Counted from the first letter of the stretch, positions 19,894 to 30,287 are shown. The stretch: DNA of 56,522 nucleotides from Pseudothermotoga sp. (GCA_037478695.1 JBBFME010000001.1:1-56522), one strand, 5' to 3'. Program-made: numbers and translations. The notes: generated by a model from the sequence alone, not told the origin.

Positions 19894-20799
19894 ATGGCAC
19901 GACCGCTGTCTAAACGTATTAGAACGGGGGTTGGAGCCTACATGTTCCTCCTCCCCCACTTGTTCTTCTTTGCCCTCTTTGTAGCAGCGCCACTGATTTA
20001 CGGTATGATAATGAGTTTTCATGATTGGCGTCTTCTTGGCGAACCCAGATTCATTGGATTTGAAAACTTTTCTCGTGTGTGGAATGATTCGCGATTTTGG
20101 GAAACGGTGAAGAACACTGTTTTTTTCTCCGCGATCAGCGTACCACTAACTGTAGCTTTGGGTGTCGTCTTGGCGCTGATTTTGAATCAGAAAATGTATG
20201 CGAAACTTTGGCCCCTTGTTGCCTTTGTCTCACCGGCATTTTTTGGCTCCATTGGCATTTTGTTCTCTTGGAGATGGATACTTGGTTCTCAACCTGCCGC
20301 TTTGGCGAATTACTACTTGAAGCAGTTGGGGTTGATATTGGATCCTATGTCTTGGTTCAAGAGTGCTACCTTTGCATGGACCTGGATAATCACGATAACA
20401 GCTTGGTGGATTGTTGGCTTCAGCGTTCTTCTCTACATTGGTGCACTGCAACGAATTCCACCAGAACAGTATGAGGCTGCAAAAATAGATGGCGCAGGAC
20501 CTTGGAAAAGGTTTGTACATGTAACGCTTCCATGGATAAGAAATGTGATGTTTTTTGATGTGGCAAGACACGTATTACTTGCTTTCGGTTTGTTTGATCA
20601 GGTGTACATCCTAACAGGTGGAGGACCTGCCGGAAGCACGCGTACGATGGTCTATTATCTGTATCTGGTTGGTTTTGAGCGGCAACAGCTTGGTCGTGCC
20701 GCAGCGATATCTTGGTATATCTTCATGATAGTAATTGCCTTTGGATTGATACAGTTGGCTCTCTTGACGCAATCAGTCAGATCAGCGGAGGTGGAATGA
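19894..20799 (+). CDS. Carbohydrate ABC permease
   Basis: YEAAKIDGA, LTGGGP. Confidence 0.9.
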   Translation: MARPLSKRIRTGVGAYMFLLPHLFFFALFVAAPLIYGMIMSFHDWRLLGEPRFIGFENFSRVWNDSRFWETVKNTVFFSAISVPLTVALGVVLALILNQKMYAKLWPLVAFVSPAFFGSIGILFSWRWILGSQPAALANYYLKQLGLILDPMSWFKSATFAWTWIITITAWWIVGFSVLLYIGALQRIPPEQYEAAKIDGAGPWKRFVHVTLPWIRNVMFFDVARHVLLAFGLFDQVYILTGGGPAGSTRTMVYYLYLVGFERQQLGRAAAISWYIFMIVIAFGLIQLALLTQSVRSAEVE

Positions 20800-20800
20800 C

Positions 20801-21661
20801 ATGCAGACTAAAAAGATCAGGAGGTCAGTGATCAGAAAAGCTGTATACTCAGTACTCATATGGTCGTTGGCAGTACTGTGGTTTGTGCCGATTTTCTGGA
20901 TGCTGACCACCTCCCTCAAGCCAACAACCACTGCAGTAACGGAAGATCCTCCCCGATGGATACCTTCACCAATGACTTTCGAAAACTACGCAGTTGTTGC
21001 AAGAGCTGCAGGGGGTATCAACGTTGGCAGGTCGGTCTGGAACAGCTTTGTAGTGGCTGGGATAGCGACCATTACTGGGTTGCTCGTTGCTACACCAGCT
21101 GCATACGCACTCGCAAGGTTGAGGTTTCCGGGACAGCGAATAATCTTCTGGACATATGTTGCAATACTGGCATTTCCATCTGTCCTTTTCTTGGTTCCCA
21201 ACTTTTTCATAATCAACAGTCTGGGATTGATGAACAGTTTCGCGGCTTTGATCTTGCCAGGACTAGGTGGAACCTTTGGTGTTTTCATGCTGCGCCAGTA
21301 CATGCTTGGAATTCCTAAAGAACTTGAAGAAGCAGCTTTGATAGACGGTTGCTCGCGTATACGCATCTTGACGAAAATAGTCGTTCCACTGATCAGGCCG
21401 GCGCTTGTCACATTGGGTATAATGACATTCTTGGGTTCTTGGAACAGCTTTCTGTGGCCGCTCATCGTACTGACATCCTCGAGCAAATTTACCTTACCAA
21501 TCGCACTTGTGCGTTTCAGCGCAGGATGGGGTGATCCGTACAGAGGTATAGGTCCATCAATGGCTGCCGCCTTTATCTCTGTTGCACCAGTTCTCATTAT
21601 CTTCGTGGCTTTTCACAGATATCTCATGCGTGGTGTGTCACTCGGATCCATTGGAAAGTGA
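20801..21661 (+). CDS. Carbohydrate ABC permease
   Basis: LEEAALIDGCS, SWNSFLWP. Confidence 0.9.
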   Translation: MQTKKIRRSVIRKAVYSVLIWSLAVLWFVPIFWMLTTSLKPTTTAVTEDPPRWIPSPMTFENYAVVARAAGGINVGRSVWNSFVVAGIATITGLLVATPAAYALARLRFPGQRIIFWTYVAILAFPSVLFLVPNFFIINSLGLMNSFAALILPGLGGTFGVFMLRQYMLGIPKELEEAALIDGCSRIRILTKIVVPLIRPALVTLGIMTFLGSWNSFLWPLIVLTSSSKFTLPIALVRFSAGWGDPYRGIGPSMAAAFISVAPVLIIFVAFHRYLMRGVSLGSIGK

Positions 21662-21690
21662 TATCACCGTTTCGTATGGAGTTGATCTTC

Positions 21691-23079
21691 ATGATGCATG
21701 TTTGGCTGAAAAAGTTCATACAGATTAGTTTTCTCTTTTTCTTCCTGCTTGGTGGTGAGATAGGTATGGCTGTTGAAACGATAATCAATGTGAATTTGCA
21801 GAAATATCTGAAATCAATCGAGGAAAACAAAAAGTTGTCTGCGAGCATAATTGTTTTGGATGAAAACGGAAGATCGATGGCGGACGTGGAAGTGGAATGT
21901 ATCCAACTCACACATGAATTCTATTTTGGCAATGCACCAGAATATTTACTCTTTGCCTATGCACCCTATAGCTACAGGAGAGGAAACAGGTTCGGAACAA
22001 AGCCTCTACCCGAAGATCAACTGGATCAGTACAAAAAGCTTTATGTCGAGTTGTTCAATTATGCAACTTTACCAGCTTTTTACTGGTCAGATTATGAACC
22101 GGCTCCTGGCTTTCTGCCGTTGGTTGAGGCAATAAAGAAGATCGTCGAATGGTTGAATGAGAACAGAATCACCTCAAAAGGACACACCCTTGTGTGGGGG
22201 AATCCACCGAGCGTAGGTGTACCAGGATGGGTTGTGGCAAAAGGATCTGCAGGGGAATGGAAAGAAGTTCGTAATCTTCTGTACAACAGGGTAATTCGCG
22301 AAATGACTCAGTTCAAAGGCTTAATACAGATGTGGGATGTTGTGAATGAACCAATCGTTCAAAGGTGGTTTGACAATCTCTCACAAGACTACGTCATCGA
22401 AGCATACAGGCTTGCAAGAAAGGTTGACCCCAATGCGAAATTGATCTTGAACGAATTTGGTGTATTGACCAACAACGACACACGCCGTAGGTTTGTCAAC
22501 CTCGCCCGTAAATTGATTGAAGAGAATCTAATCGACATAATAGGTGTCGAGGCGCATATTTTCGACGCTCGAGATTTGAAGATGCAACTTGAGAATCTCG
22601 AAGGGATTTACACAGCCCTTGACGAGATAGCTGTTCTTGGAAAACCCATTCACATCACCGAATTTCAGATTCCCCTTCTGGCCGTTATTGAGGCTTTCAA
22701 TGTAGATGTAGAGACCGCCGAAAAACTGCAGGCAGAAATTGTTAAGATCTTCTACACGTTCTTTTTCAGCCATCCTGCTGTTGAGGTAATTGTGTACTGG
22801 AACTTTTATCGGGCCTGGCAACAAGGTAGTGGCTTCCTAAGGGATGATCTGACGATAAAACCGATGTACTATGTTCTAAAAGATCTGATTCATCGAGAAT
22901 GGAAGACATCTCTTAACATACGAACTGACCAAGAAGGAAAGGTGAGTTTCAGAGGCTTTCCAGGGACTTATGAGATAAGAGCAAAATATGATGATCAGGA
23001 AAAAATATTTAACATAACGGTGTCGAAAGGGAAGATCAATGATTTTACGGTGGTCTTTAATGGAAGTGGTGATAAATGA
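21691..23079 (+). CDS. GH10-like glycoside hydrolase (endo-1,4-beta-xylanase family), likely exported
   Basis: GHTLVW, WDVVNEP (acid/base Glu), IHITEF (nucleophile Glu); hydrophobic N-terminus; start uncertain. Confidence 0.78.
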   Translation: MMHVWLKKFIQISFLFFFLLGGEIGMAVETIINVNLQKYLKSIEENKKLSASIIVLDENGRSMADVEVECIQLTHEFYFGNAPEYLLFAYAPYSYRRGNRFGTKPLPEDQLDQYKKLYVELFNYATLPAFYWSDYEPAPGFLPLVEAIKKIVEWLNENRITSKGHTLVWGNPPSVGVPGWVVAKGSAGEWKEVRNLLYNRVIREMTQFKGLIQMWDVVNEPIVQRWFDNLSQDYVIEAYRLARKVDPNAKLILNEFGVLTNNDTRRRFVNLARKLIEENLIDIIGVEAHIFDARDLKMQLENLEGIYTALDEIAVLGKPIHITEFQIPLLAVIEAFNVDVETAEKLQAEIVKIFYTFFFSHPAVEVIVYWNFYRAWQQGSGFLRDDLTIKPMYYVLKDLIHREWKTSLNIRTDQEGKVSFRGFPGTYEIRAKYDDQEKIFNITVSKGKINDFTVVFNGSGDK

Positions 23080-25505
23080 GCCGATCGGCTATCACGATGA
23101 CTTTCTTGTTCGTCTCGTTTTTTTGCGGACTCTTCGCTGGGGAGAATTCATACAGATTGATCATTGATTTTGACAAACAACTGCATCAAGTACCACCGAC
23201 ACTCTTTGGTATTTTCCTTGAAGATATCAATCATGCTATTGATGGTGGATTGTACGCGCAATTGGTCAGAAATGGTTCATTTGAACATTCGAATCCCCTG
23301 GAGGGTTGGTCTGTAGAAAAAAGTACTGATGTGCATGCAAGAATAGAGAATACAGACCCATTGAACCAGAACAACCAGCATTATCTGAGGATATCTCTGG
23401 AAAAACCATCAGCCGTGGTTAGTATAATCAACGAAGGTTACGATGGTATATATCTTGAGGAAAACAGAGACTATCTCCTTTCACTCTACGCTAAAGCCTT
23501 GCACCGAAGTTCCAGAATGACAATTTCAATACAAGACTTAGTCGGTAAGATCTACTTCACAGAGACAGTCACAGTTGATTCAACCAATTGGAGACAGTAC
23601 AGATTGGCTATCAAAATCCCTGAGACTGTTTCAAAGGGCAAGTTAGTCCTGAAAATTGATGGATTGTCTGATCTTTCTCTGGATATGGTTTCTCTGCTAC
23701 CAACCGATTCACTCATGGGAGTTATGAGAAACGATCTTGTGAAGATGCTGTTGGATCTGAAACCTGGTTTTGTTAGATTTCCCGGAGGTTGCTTGGTTGA
23801 GGGTTACAATCTGGCAAATGCATACAGATGGAAAGAGACCATAGGACCTATAGAAGATAGAAAAGTTAAAGTGAATCTGTGGGGTTATCATCAATCGTAT
23901 GGTATTGGATTTGACGAGTACTTTTCGCTGAGCAAGTTTTTGAAAGCAGAACCGCTGCCAATATTGAATGCCGGTATTTCTTGTCAAGTGAGAGGAGCAC
24001 AGATTGCTCCGTTGAATGATATGGATCAATGGATACAAGACGCGCTCGACTTGATAGAGTATGCAAACGGTGATTCAAGTACGATATGGGGCACCAAGAG
24101 AATCGATCATGGCTTTTTAGAACCAATAGGATTGAAGTACCTCGGTATTGGCAACGAAAATTGGGGCAAAGAGTACTACGAACGTTTTGAGTTGTTCCAG
24201 CGAGAAATCAAGAAAAATCATCCGCAGATGAAACTCATCTTCAGTTGCCCTCCAGAATATCAAGGACCTTCCTTTGACGAAGCTTGGTCATGGGCAAGAA
24301 GAAATCAGGTAGACATAGTGGACGAACACATCTATGCATCTTATGAATGGTTTCTCGCAAATGCAAATAGATATGACGATTACGATAGATCTGGGCCAAA
24401 GGTGATGGTGGGTGAATATGCAGTTCATACAATCGGTAGAAGGAATAACCTCCAGGCAGCTCTTGGTGAAGCAGCCTTCATGACTGGTTTAGAAAGAAAC
24501 AGCGATGTGGTGATAATGGCTTCGTACGCACCTTTGTTCAATCGAGTAGGATGGTCACAATGGACCCCCGATCTCATATGGTTCAACAATTCACAAGTCT
24601 ATGGTACACCGAGTTATTATGCGCAGAAACTCTTTATGAATAATCCTGTGGATATCATCCTATCCTCAGATCTCCACACAAATGGGTCAATAGAGAGAAT
24701 AGTAGGTAAGATCGGCTTGGGAACATGGAAAACTGCTGTTGAATTTGACTACATAAAAGTTTTGGCCCGTGAAGGAAAAATTCTGTTCTTTGATGACTTT
24801 GATAACGATGAAAGGAGCTGGCAGGTGTATCGCGGCACTTGGAAGACAACGAATGGTTTGCTCCTTCAATCAAGTTTGGCAGAAGACAGACGAGCTTATT
24901 TCGGGCAAACAGATTGGTCAGACTACACGATAGAAGTAAGAGCAAGAAAGAAAGAAGGATCAGAAGGGTTTCTGGTCTTGTTTGGAGTAAAGAACAACAA
25001 CAATTACTATTGGTGGAATATCGGTGGTTATGCCAACAGATCATCAGTGATCGAGAAAGCTATCAACGGACAACGAATGGTTCTATGCCAGACAGTGCCG
25101 ATGACTGTGATAAGCGATGAATGGTACTTGTTGAAAGTAGAAGTAAATGGTAAAAGGATCAAGTGCTATTTGAACGGTGAGTTGGTTCACGACATAATCG
25201 ATAAAGTTGATTACAAGGTCTTGTATCACTCAGCTGGGTACGATTCTCAATCGAAAGAAATCGTTCTCAAGGTAGTCAATCCTTGGTCTGAAGACAAAAG
25301 AGTGACAGTAGAGATTGTTGATTCGTCGTTAACAGGTCAGATGAAGATCATTACTTTGGCGTCTGACAATATTGATGTTGAAAACTCTTTTACCAGCCCA
25401 ACCAGAATTTATCCGGTTGAAAGGAATGAAATGATACAAGGTAATCAGTTTGACTTTCTCTTCAAGAAGAATTCCATAACAATTTTGAGATTGAAAACTC
25501 AGTAG
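23076..25505 (+). CDS. GH51 alpha-L-arabinofuranosidase, secreted, with extra beta-rich domains
   Basis: Signal peptide; GIFLEDINHAIDGGLYA, RFPGGC, GIGNENWG, MVGEYA, MASYAPL; beta-sandwich-like insert before the C-terminal GH51 domain. Confidence 0.88.
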   Translation: MSRSAITMTFLFVSFFCGLFAGENSYRLIIDFDKQLHQVPPTLFGIFLEDINHAIDGGLYAQLVRNGSFEHSNPLEGWSVEKSTDVHARIENTDPLNQNNQHYLRISLEKPSAVVSIINEGYDGIYLEENRDYLLSLYAKALHRSSRMTISIQDLVGKIYFTETVTVDSTNWRQYRLAIKIPETVSKGKLVLKIDGLSDLSLDMVSLLPTDSLMGVMRNDLVKMLLDLKPGFVRFPGGCLVEGYNLANAYRWKETIGPIEDRKVKVNLWGYHQSYGIGFDEYFSLSKFLKAEPLPILNAGISCQVRGAQIAPLNDMDQWIQDALDLIEYANGDSSTIWGTKRIDHGFLEPIGLKYLGIGNENWGKEYYERFELFQREIKKNHPQMKLIFSCPPEYQGPSFDEAWSWARRNQVDIVDEHIYASYEWFLANANRYDDYDRSGPKVMVGEYAVHTIGRRNNLQAALGEAAFMTGLERNSDVVIMASYAPLFNRVGWSQWTPDLIWFNNSQVYGTPSYYAQKLFMNNPVDIILSSDLHTNGSIERIVGKIGLGTWKTAVEFDYIKVLAREGKILFFDDFDNDERSWQVYRGTWKTTNGLLLQSSLAEDRRAYFGQTDWSDYTIEVRARKKEGSEGFLVLFGVKNNNNYYWWNIGGYANRSSVIEKAINGQRMVLCQTVPMTVISDEWYLLKVEVNGKRIKCYLNGELVHDIIDKVDYKVLYHSAGYDSQSKEIVLKVVNPWSEDKRVTVEIVDSSLTGQMKIITLASDNIDVENSFTSPTRIYPVERNEMIQGNQFDFLFKKNSITILRLKTQ

Positions 25506-25578
25506 AGTATTTTGAGGAAAACGAATCAATGGATATACGATGGGGGAAAAATTGGTTCAAAGATGATATTGTCAAAAT

Positions 25579-25594
25579 CGATGTACGTACGCGT
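25579..25594. promoter_or_regulatory. Isolated AraR-type operator core
   Basis: CGATGTAC|GTACGCGT; no clear consensus promoter adjacent. Confidence 0.5.
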
Positions 25595-25990
25595 AAGATA
25601 CTTATGACAATTTCTTACCTCACGATCTGAAATGTGTAGACCTTCTCTATATGACTCTCAAGAATTCTGCTTAAGGTTAACCCAAGTCGACTTCATGCAC
25701 GTAAAAGTGTCACTCCTTAAGCAGATGAACATAATAGTAGAATTATCGTCTGCTCATATGAGTGACAGCGAGGAACGGACATATGCACGAGCTTCGTAGA
25801 CTAATATCTTAACACTATCTACGAAAGACAAATGCTTCGTTCTAAAGGCAAAATGGTATGAAATGACTAGGCCCTCATTGTGTCAGTCACAACCTCACAA
25901 GTGAAACGAGAAAACCAGTCAAATGGCAAAGGTGATTCTTACTCGAGATATCGTTGCGCAAGTGTCTCTGCTAAATTGATATAAAATGCC

Positions 25991-26020
25991 GAGAAAAACA
26001 GAGAAAATCAGAGAAAATGA
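25991..26020 (+). repeat. 10-bp-periodic GAGAAAA direct repeats upstream of promoter
   Basis: gagaaaaaca/gagaaaatca/gagaaaatga. Confidence 0.7.
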
Positions 26021-26093
26021 AAGCAAGAACGGTTTTTTGGCAACAGAATGTACTTATATGCCATGAATTGTGATCTGTGCAAGCTCAGACCAT

Positions 26094-26149
26094 TTGACTC
26101 TCTGAGCCGAATAAGTATACAATAATTATGCATATAGGTATGTACAAAG
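26094..26149 (+). promoter_or_regulatory. Promoter of the Opp-type/abfA/isomerase/kinase operon with degenerate AraR operator
   Basis: TTGACT (26094-26099), 18 bp, TACAAT (26118-26123); ATAGGTAT|GTACAAAG (26134-26149); extra half-site GAATGTAC at 26046. Confidence 0.6.
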
Positions 26150-26249
26150 TCATAGAAATCCTCACACTTCTGTGCTCGTCTTGAAAAATCACTTCTCAAC
26201 GATTAGGTCAGCATTACCAATATCTTGCAACCGTGGGGGTATCAAAAAA

Positions 26250-27236
26250 GTGGAGGACATCTTGCTGCGCTTTGAGAGAGTGTGCAAAACATTCAGTGTA
26301 GGGCGTCTTCTGTCTAAAAGTGTAATCCACGCCGTTTGGGATGCGAGTTTTGAAATAGCAGGAGAACCGGTTGTTTTCACATTAGTTGGGGAAAGTGGTA
26401 GCGGAAAAACCACAATTGCAAACCTTTTGCTCAAAACCATGAACCCAACAAGTGGGAATATTTGGCTGATGAACAAGAATCTTAAGGATTATTCCAAAGC
26501 TCAACTAATAAAGATTGTACAACCAGTTTTCCAGGATCCATTCGAGACATTTAACCCATTGAAACGAGTGGAAGCATATTTTCTGTTAATGCTTAAAAAG
26601 ATGAAGACCTCAAAGGCAAAAAGCAGCAACTATAATTTGCTTGAAAGAGCTCTCAACGAAGTAGGCCTTACACTGGAAGACATTAAGGGCAGATATCCAC
26701 ACGAGTTATCTGGCGGACAACTGCAAAGATTATCAATCGCAAGATCATTACTCATTAGTCCTAAGATACTTGTCGCTGATGAACCTGTCTCGATGTTGGA
26801 TGCTTCTTTACGAATATCTGTTCTAAATCTCTTCAGAAAATTGCGTGATCAGAAGGTGCTACACATTTTTTACATAACTCATGATCTCGCTACAGCGTAT
26901 TACATAAGTGATTACATAGCGGTCATTCTCAAAGGAAGCATTGTTGAGTCAGGGCCTGCAGATAAAGTTCTTACTTCTCCATTACACCCTTACACACAGT
27001 TGCTGAGAGAATCTGTACCCGATATCACCAAAAAAACGAGACAGCAGATAGCCAAACGACAAATTGAGAGCACTGTTGAATCTGCACAGTTACATCTGAG
27101 GCATCTCTGTAAGTTCATGTACAGATGCCCATACAAGAGAGAAATCTGTGAAAAGAAGGCCCCACCTGCTCTCACCTTGGATGGTGTTGCTGTCAGGTGC
27201 TGGTTTTATCACAATTCCGTTAAGGGAGGTGTGTAG
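26250..27236 (+). CDS. Opp/Dpp-family ABC ATPase (OppF-like)
   Basis: GESGSGKT, PHELSGGQLQR, VADEP, HPYT and Cys-rich C-terminus; GTG 26250. Confidence 0.9.
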   Translation: MEDILLRFERVCKTFSVGRLLSKSVIHAVWDASFEIAGEPVVFTLVGESGSGKTTIANLLLKTMNPTSGNIWLMNKNLKDYSKAQLIKIVQPVFQDPFETFNPLKRVEAYFLLMLKKMKTSKAKSSNYNLLERALNEVGLTLEDIKGRYPHELSGGQLQRLSIARSLLISPKILVADEPVSMLDASLRISVLNLFRKLRDQKVLHIFYITHDLATAYYISDYIAVILKGSIVESGPADKVLTSPLHPYTQLLRESVPDITKKTRQQIAKRQIESTVESAQLHLRHLCKFMYRCPYKREICEKKAPPALTLDGVAVRCWFYHNSVKGGV

Positions 27237-27237
27237 C

Positions 27238-29157
27238 ATGTCCGTAGGACATGTCAAGTGGTTTGTGTTGGTAGTTCTGCTAATAGCGGGGATAACGGGC
27301 CTTGCACAGGAAGTCCTTCCAGGTGTACCACGAAACGAAGTGATCATCATTGAAGATCCTTCAGGCCGATCGTTGAATCCCACAAGATTTAACCTTTGGG
27401 GAGGAGGCGTGTCAAGCTGGTCAACCGGGATTCAACAGCTGTGTTTGGGAGCTCTGTGGTACATTGATCCAGATGCAGGTATAGAAGGAGACACGTGGAT
27501 CAATCTTTTGGCGGCCGATGCACCCATATACAACACTGACAACACAGAAATGACAGTAAAACTAAGAAAGGGGATCTACTGGAGTGACGGAGTGCCATTC
27601 ACAGCAGATGACCTTGTCTTCACTGTCGAAACGCTGAAGAATCACCCGGAAATGACTTGGGGTGCATACATGCAAGTCAATGTGAAAGAGGTTAAGAAAG
27701 TCGACGACTACACAGTTGTGTTCAAACTTGTAAAGCCCAACGGAAGATTCCATACGATTTTCACAGTCAGATGGTCTGCGTGCTATATTATGCCAAAACA
27801 TATCTTCGAGAAGGTTGAAGACCCTGTCGCCTTTGACTTCTACCCACCGGTTGGAACCGGACCATATGTGCTGAAATCATACGATCCGAATGGTTATTGG
27901 TTCTTGTGGGAATTGAGGCAAGATTGGGAAAGATCAGATCTCGGTGTGGCATTTGGCAAGAAGCCGGGTCCGAAGTTCGTTCTCTACAAAGGAGTAGCTT
28001 CGCCTGAGAAAAAGGTCATGGATCAGATGGCCCATGAACTCGACATAATTCACGATCTACCACCTGAGGGAGCAATAACTCTTTCTCAGAATAACCCATA
28101 CTGCGTTACATGGTTTGATGGTTGGCCATGGGCACACCCCGACCCAACTCTCCCATCTTTGATCATGAACCACGAACAATATCCATACAATTTGAAGGAA
28201 GTCCGCTGGGCATTGACACTGGCTATCGATATAGTACAAGTTGTATTGCAATCTTACAATGGCTGCGCAACGATATCACCAATTCATGTTCCTCCAACCG
28301 GAAAAGGTCCCGAGTGGTACTTTGACAAGATCGAACCGTGGTTGAAGGAATTCACAATTAAGGTGGGGTCTGAAACCTTCAAGCCATACGATCCAAACAT
28401 ACCTTCGAAAATAGCCGATGCAGTCAAATACGCATACGGCTACAAAGTTCCAGAAGACTTCAATGAAATCAAGAAAATGGTCGGTTATGGTTGGTGGAAG
28501 TATGCCCCAGATGTCGCTGAGAAACTCTTGAAGAGCGTGGGATTCAAGAAAGAAAAGGGTAAATGGTTGCTACCAGATGGCAAACCTTGGAAGATATCGA
28601 TTCTCTGTGAAGCTTCTACCAGATCGGTCATGACGAGAGCAGCAGCAGCCGTCGCCGAACAGTGGAGAAAATTTGGAATAGACGCTCAGATTGAAGCTGT
28701 GGAAGCGTCAATGCTGTGGAATAGGATGAACTACGGTGAAGACAAAGACACAATCTACTGGGCTTGGTGTATTGAGACATGGGGTGGGCATCCTGATTTG
28801 TTCTGGTTCCTCGAATCCTGGCATTCTGACTATTACAGACCGACAGGGCAGACAGTTGTGGCTAAGAACCCGATGAGATACAAGAGCGAAAAAATCGATA
28901 AAATAATCGAAGCTTTAAGAGGGACAGACTTCTTCAAGGGTACGGAGGAAATGATCAATCTGGGACTGGAATATGTGAAAACCTGCGTAGAGGATATGCC
29001 AATAATCCCAATGTTCTCTTACAATGTCTTCACGGTTTGTGATGGATATTACTGGACTGGGTATCCTACTTCAGATGATCCATACACAAATCCTGTTCCT
29101 AACTGGGGTAACACGAGATTCATGTTCTTAAAATTGCAGCCGACTGGTAGAAAGTGA
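27238..29157 (+). CDS. Family 5 (DppA/OppA-like) substrate-binding protein, probable oligosaccharide binder
   Basis: GGAGG RBS, signal peptide, LRKGIYWSDGVPFTADD, VGTGPY; Trp-rich. Thermotoga uses this family for oligosaccharides. Confidence 0.88.
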   Translation: MSVGHVKWFVLVVLLIAGITGLAQEVLPGVPRNEVIIIEDPSGRSLNPTRFNLWGGGVSSWSTGIQQLCLGALWYIDPDAGIEGDTWINLLAADAPIYNTDNTEMTVKLRKGIYWSDGVPFTADDLVFTVETLKNHPEMTWGAYMQVNVKEVKKVDDYTVVFKLVKPNGRFHTIFTVRWSACYIMPKHIFEKVEDPVAFDFYPPVGTGPYVLKSYDPNGYWFLWELRQDWERSDLGVAFGKKPGPKFVLYKGVASPEKKVMDQMAHELDIIHDLPPEGAITLSQNNPYCVTWFDGWPWAHPDPTLPSLIMNHEQYPYNLKEVRWALTLAIDIVQVVLQSYNGCATISPIHVPPTGKGPEWYFDKIEPWLKEFTIKVGSETFKPYDPNIPSKIADAVKYAYGYKVPEDFNEIKKMVGYGWWKYAPDVAEKLLKSVGFKKEKGKWLLPDGKPWKISILCEASTRSVMTRAAAAVAEQWRKFGIDAQIEAVEASMLWNRMNYGEDKDTIYWAWCIETWGGHPDLFWFLESWHSDYYRPTGQTVVAKNPMRYKSEKIDKIIEALRGTDFFKGTEEMINLGLEYVKTCVEDMPIIPMFSYNVFTVCDGYYWTGYPTSDDPYTNPVPNWGNTRFMFLKLQPTGRK

Positions 29158-29224
29158 TGGTGATTTTCGCAGTTGAGCTGGTGAGCTAATCAACAGAGTT
29201 TTTGAGTCCACGGGAGGAGTCTGT

Positions 29225-30253
29225 GTGAAAGATTTTGTCAGGTTTTTATCTAAGTACTTCATAACGAGATTGTTGATCAGTCTGCTTGTGATTTTCATAG
29301 GTGTCTCGATCGTTTTTCTGATTCCAAGATTGGTCCCAGGTGCAAATCCTGCAGAAATGGCAATCAGAAGATTGCAGATGTCGGGCGCTTATTTACCAGC
29401 CGAGAGCATGGAAAAGATGAAACAAGCATTGCTGAAACTGTATGGATTGGAAGGATCGCTTTTCAGTCAGTATATCACGTTTTGGAAAGAATTGCTGAAA
29501 GGAAACCTCGGACCATCATTTGCATCATTCCCCACTCCAGTCATAACGCTTATATCCAGATCCCTCCCGTGGACTGTTGGATTACTTGCACTGACAGCAA
29601 TACTTTCGTGGGTCGTTGGAACGATTCTCGGTGGAATTGCTGGTTACAGGAATAAAGGTGTATGGGTTAGAGTTGTTGAAATAGTTTCCAACGCTGTAAG
29701 ACCCGTTCCGTATTATATTCTTGCGCTTTTATTGTTGATACTCTTTGCCTATGTATTACACTGGTTCCCAACTGGTGGTGCATACAAAATAGGTCTTACG
29801 CCAACCTTGAGCTGGAGTTTTGTAAAGAGTGTTGTGAAGTATGGTTTTCTTCCTGCTTTCTCGTTGATAATAGTTGGCGTAGGTGCATGGTTTTTGAACA
29901 TGCGAAATTTGGTATCGAACATAACAGGTGAGTACTTCGTGAGCTTTGCGCGTCAAATGGGATTGAGAGATTCTATCATACTCAGGAGCTACGTCATGAG
30001 ATTGGCAATGCCTGCGCAGTTAACAGGTCTTGGTTTGCAACTTGGATTCATATTCAACGGGACGATAATAACTGAGATCGTCTTCAATTATCCTGGATTA
30101 GGAACTCTTATTTACACGGCAATAATGCAATCAGATTACAACCTGGTGATGGGAACTACTCTGTTTTCAATTGTAGCTGTTGCATTGGCAACACTGATTG
30201 TGGATCTTCTGTTACCGTTCATCGATCCAAGGATTCAGTATGTACCAGGTTAG
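29225..30253 (+). CDS. Opp/Dpp-family permease (OppB-like)
   Basis: GNLGPSF, TEIVFNYPGLG, DPRI. Confidence 0.9.
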   Translation: MKDFVRFLSKYFITRLLISLLVIFIGVSIVFLIPRLVPGANPAEMAIRRLQMSGAYLPAESMEKMKQALLKLYGLEGSLFSQYITFWKELLKGNLGPSFASFPTPVITLISRSLPWTVGLLALTAILSWVVGTILGGIAGYRNKGVWVRVVEIVSNAVRPVPYYILALLLLILFAYVLHWFPTGGAYKIGLTPTLSWSFVKSVVKYGFLPAFSLIIVGVGAWFLNMRNLVSNITGEYFVSFARQMGLRDSIILRSYVMRLAMPAQLTGLGLQLGFIFNGTIITEIVFNYPGLGTLIYTAIMQSDYNLVMGTTLFSIVAVALATLIVDLLLPFIDPRIQYVPG

Positions 30254-30287
30254 GCATTGATGGACCCTCAGGAAGGGGAATCGACAT

